DNA of 63,706 bases, the filler included, from Neolecta irregularis DAH-3 (taxonomy: Eukaryota), in the NCBI GenBank assembly GCA_001929475.1. It is 10 parts of 10 records of this genome, joined end to end, with 100 filler letters (N's around TTAATTAATTAA, not from the genome) between each part and the next. Parts side by side here need not be neighbours in the genome. Positions count along the whole stretch, not along the records: positions 60,860 to 63,706 come from LXFE01002561.1; 9 more parts are not named here. One strand, 5' to 3'. A program made the position numbers and the translations under genes. Below, piece by piece: positions 62,040-63,706 of this stretch; within the stretch, counting starts at the first letter, position 1; every line of letters starts with the position of its first letter. Under the pieces are notes generated by a model. That model was given only the letters and a program-made list of their open reading frames with translations, had not been told where the DNA came from and searched no databases.

Positions 62040-62139
62040 AGACTATTTTAAGTGGGCAGTGTAATTCACACCAGATGAAAATGTTTACGGATCAAATTGG
62101 ATTGGTTCGAGTTTCATTTCTCATTACATTCAATTATTT

Positions 62140-62496
62140 TCATTCAGCTTCATCCTCGGGTTCGTCAGACTCGTCTTCACTCTCAACTGCATCGTTATCT
62201 TCGTCGCTTTGCTCTTCGTCGTCTTCACTTTGAGTCTCTTCCTATGAAGATGAGTTTACGGACTATCAAACAAATAATACCTCCTCGTCGGCTTTTTCAT
62301 TGGATTCCTGAGAAGCAACTTCCTTAGTTTTGCTGTCATCAGAGACAGCTTCTGCGACTGATTTATTTTTCTTCCTTGGCGGTTTTGGATCCTCGTTGCC
62401 ACTATCGCCAAAGTCACTATTATCACTAGCATCGCTCTTAGAGGCATCCTCTTCAGCCAAGGTATTTCTTTTTTGAGCCTTGACTGATTCTCCCAT
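62140..62496 (-). CDS. Small acidic low-complexity protein with NLS-like KPPRKKNK
   Basis: D/E/S-rich frame; an intron near 62240-62280 joins an acidic terminal exon. Confidence 0.45.
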
Positions 62497-62957
62497 ATTG
62501 GAATTATTGAATCACCTTGGTTTATATCTCAAAGCAACGAACGATGGTGATGTTCGTCAGTCAAGGGAAATATGTCGCACGGAGGTTCTTCGATTTTCGG
62601 TTATCACCCAAAAAATGTCAGTCCTAAAGAATCTTCTATACGGTTCAAAAGATACAAATTCTGGGCGAATATCTGTTTGGGATGAGTAAAGGGATGTTTC
62701 TTAGCGAGGAAATGCATCCCTGGCGGTGACATGCGATCTCCTCTCTCACATGCTTGTTACAGAGGTATTTGAAGACATTGACATACAATCCGCTCACCTG
62801 ATTTAATAGAAGTATCGAGCTGCTTTGATTAAGCTATATTGATTAAGTGGAAACAGCAACTGTTCGGTGGACAAAGCGCGTGAATGTTTTAGTTCAATCA
62901 AGACTTCAGAAGATGGGGTCACAAAATTGCGGAGAAGAAGAAATGTATATATTAGTG

Positions 62958-63257
62958 GCCGCATACATAGCGAAGATCTCATATCATTGTGGATTAGGCT
63001 TAATTGATGGCAGCAAACAAGATGGCGCGGTAGGCCCAGGCATGCACCGAGGCCGCGAGTCGCAGGACGGCGACGCAGCAGCAGTACAGAGGGCAGTTAG
63101 CAGCAGCANNNNNNNNNNAGCCGCATACATAGCGAAGACCTCATATCATTGTGGATTAGGCTTAATTGATGGCAGCAAACAAGATGGCGCGTGCACCGAG
63201 GCCGCGAGTCGCAGGACGGCGACGCAGCAGCAGTACAGAGGGCAGTTAGCAGCAGCA
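62958..63257 (+). repeat. About 150-bp direct duplication straddling a 10-N gap
   Basis: 62958-63108 repeated at 63120-63257 with one substitution and an 11-nt indel. Confidence 0.85.
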
Positions 63258-63706
63258 CGACATGGCCAGTCCTTCGAGGCGGCTGTGAGGCACTGACCCC
63301 AGTATGTGGCGTTGCCCAAAATAGTAATTCCTTATTTCCGTGTGGCGGCGAACGCGTTTTGTGGCGTTTGCAACAAATTAGTTCTCAAAATGTTAATTTC
63401 CACGGACAAGTACAATATTCCTGTTTTAGAAAATGGAGATTTTGGGTTTTGGTGGCTGGCGAACGCATCCCAAAGGTTCTGACGCAACACCAACTTTCCA
63501 AAGATATGCTCACGAAATACTTCACGACCGTATCCGTGAAATTTAATCCATTTTCACGTACCTCCAAGTCATCCCGGCATGTTTTTCGGTCTATCACTTG
63601 ACTTATATATGAATAGAATATTCCTTTCGTTGCTGCAGACACATAAAGCAAAATTAGAAAATCCAGTGATATTAAATACGACAATTCTAGATCGGAATAG
63701 TAAAGA

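Noticed and set aside
62847-63296. Repeat-containing ORF
   Set aside because: The duplication straddles an N gap and looks like an unmerged contig overlap; no protein motif.
1-63706. tRNA, rRNA or snRNA genes
   Set aside because: No cloverleaf, rRNA or snRNA signature recognised by eye; tRNAscan-SE or Infernal could still find some.

Overview
Eukaryotic fungal DNA. The gene set and very short introns (about 29-45 nt) point to an early-diverging ascomycete (Taphrinomycotina-like); this taxon is an inference. The window is ten contig pieces joined by artificial 100-nt spacers (N44-TTAATTAATTAA-N44), so adjacency across spacers is unproven. It holds about 30 mostly intron-containing genes: DUF676 lipase, UBA4 3' end, HFD1, BET5, an eIF4E paralog, LAS1, SNF8, two tandem Sfk1/Frag1 genes, ERG5, EXO70, SDT1, a mucin-like membrane protein, a Pcl-type cyclin, a PPR protein, MTP18, two GH17 genes plus a relic, GYP7, a CTS1-like chitinase, MET14, a DENN protein, a PTAR1/ECM9-like gene, GET1, NOP15, RAD52, COQ10 and an F-box protein. 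Transposon relics lie between them (pogo/Fot1, gypsy gag, chromodomain, MITE families). Main signals: (1) at least seven GC-AG introns and one probable GA-AG intron in conserved genes, with loose donor +3..+6 positions; (2) a frameshifted Argonaute PAZ-L2 fragment not visible as an intact ORF; (3) a 172-nt gene-conversion-like tract over the catalytic region of two divergent GH17 paralogs; (4) a secreted PAN/apple-like protein spliced to an unknown domain; (5) a hidden two-exon membrane protein with two PPxY motifs. All splice models were made by hand and need RNA-seq confirmation.
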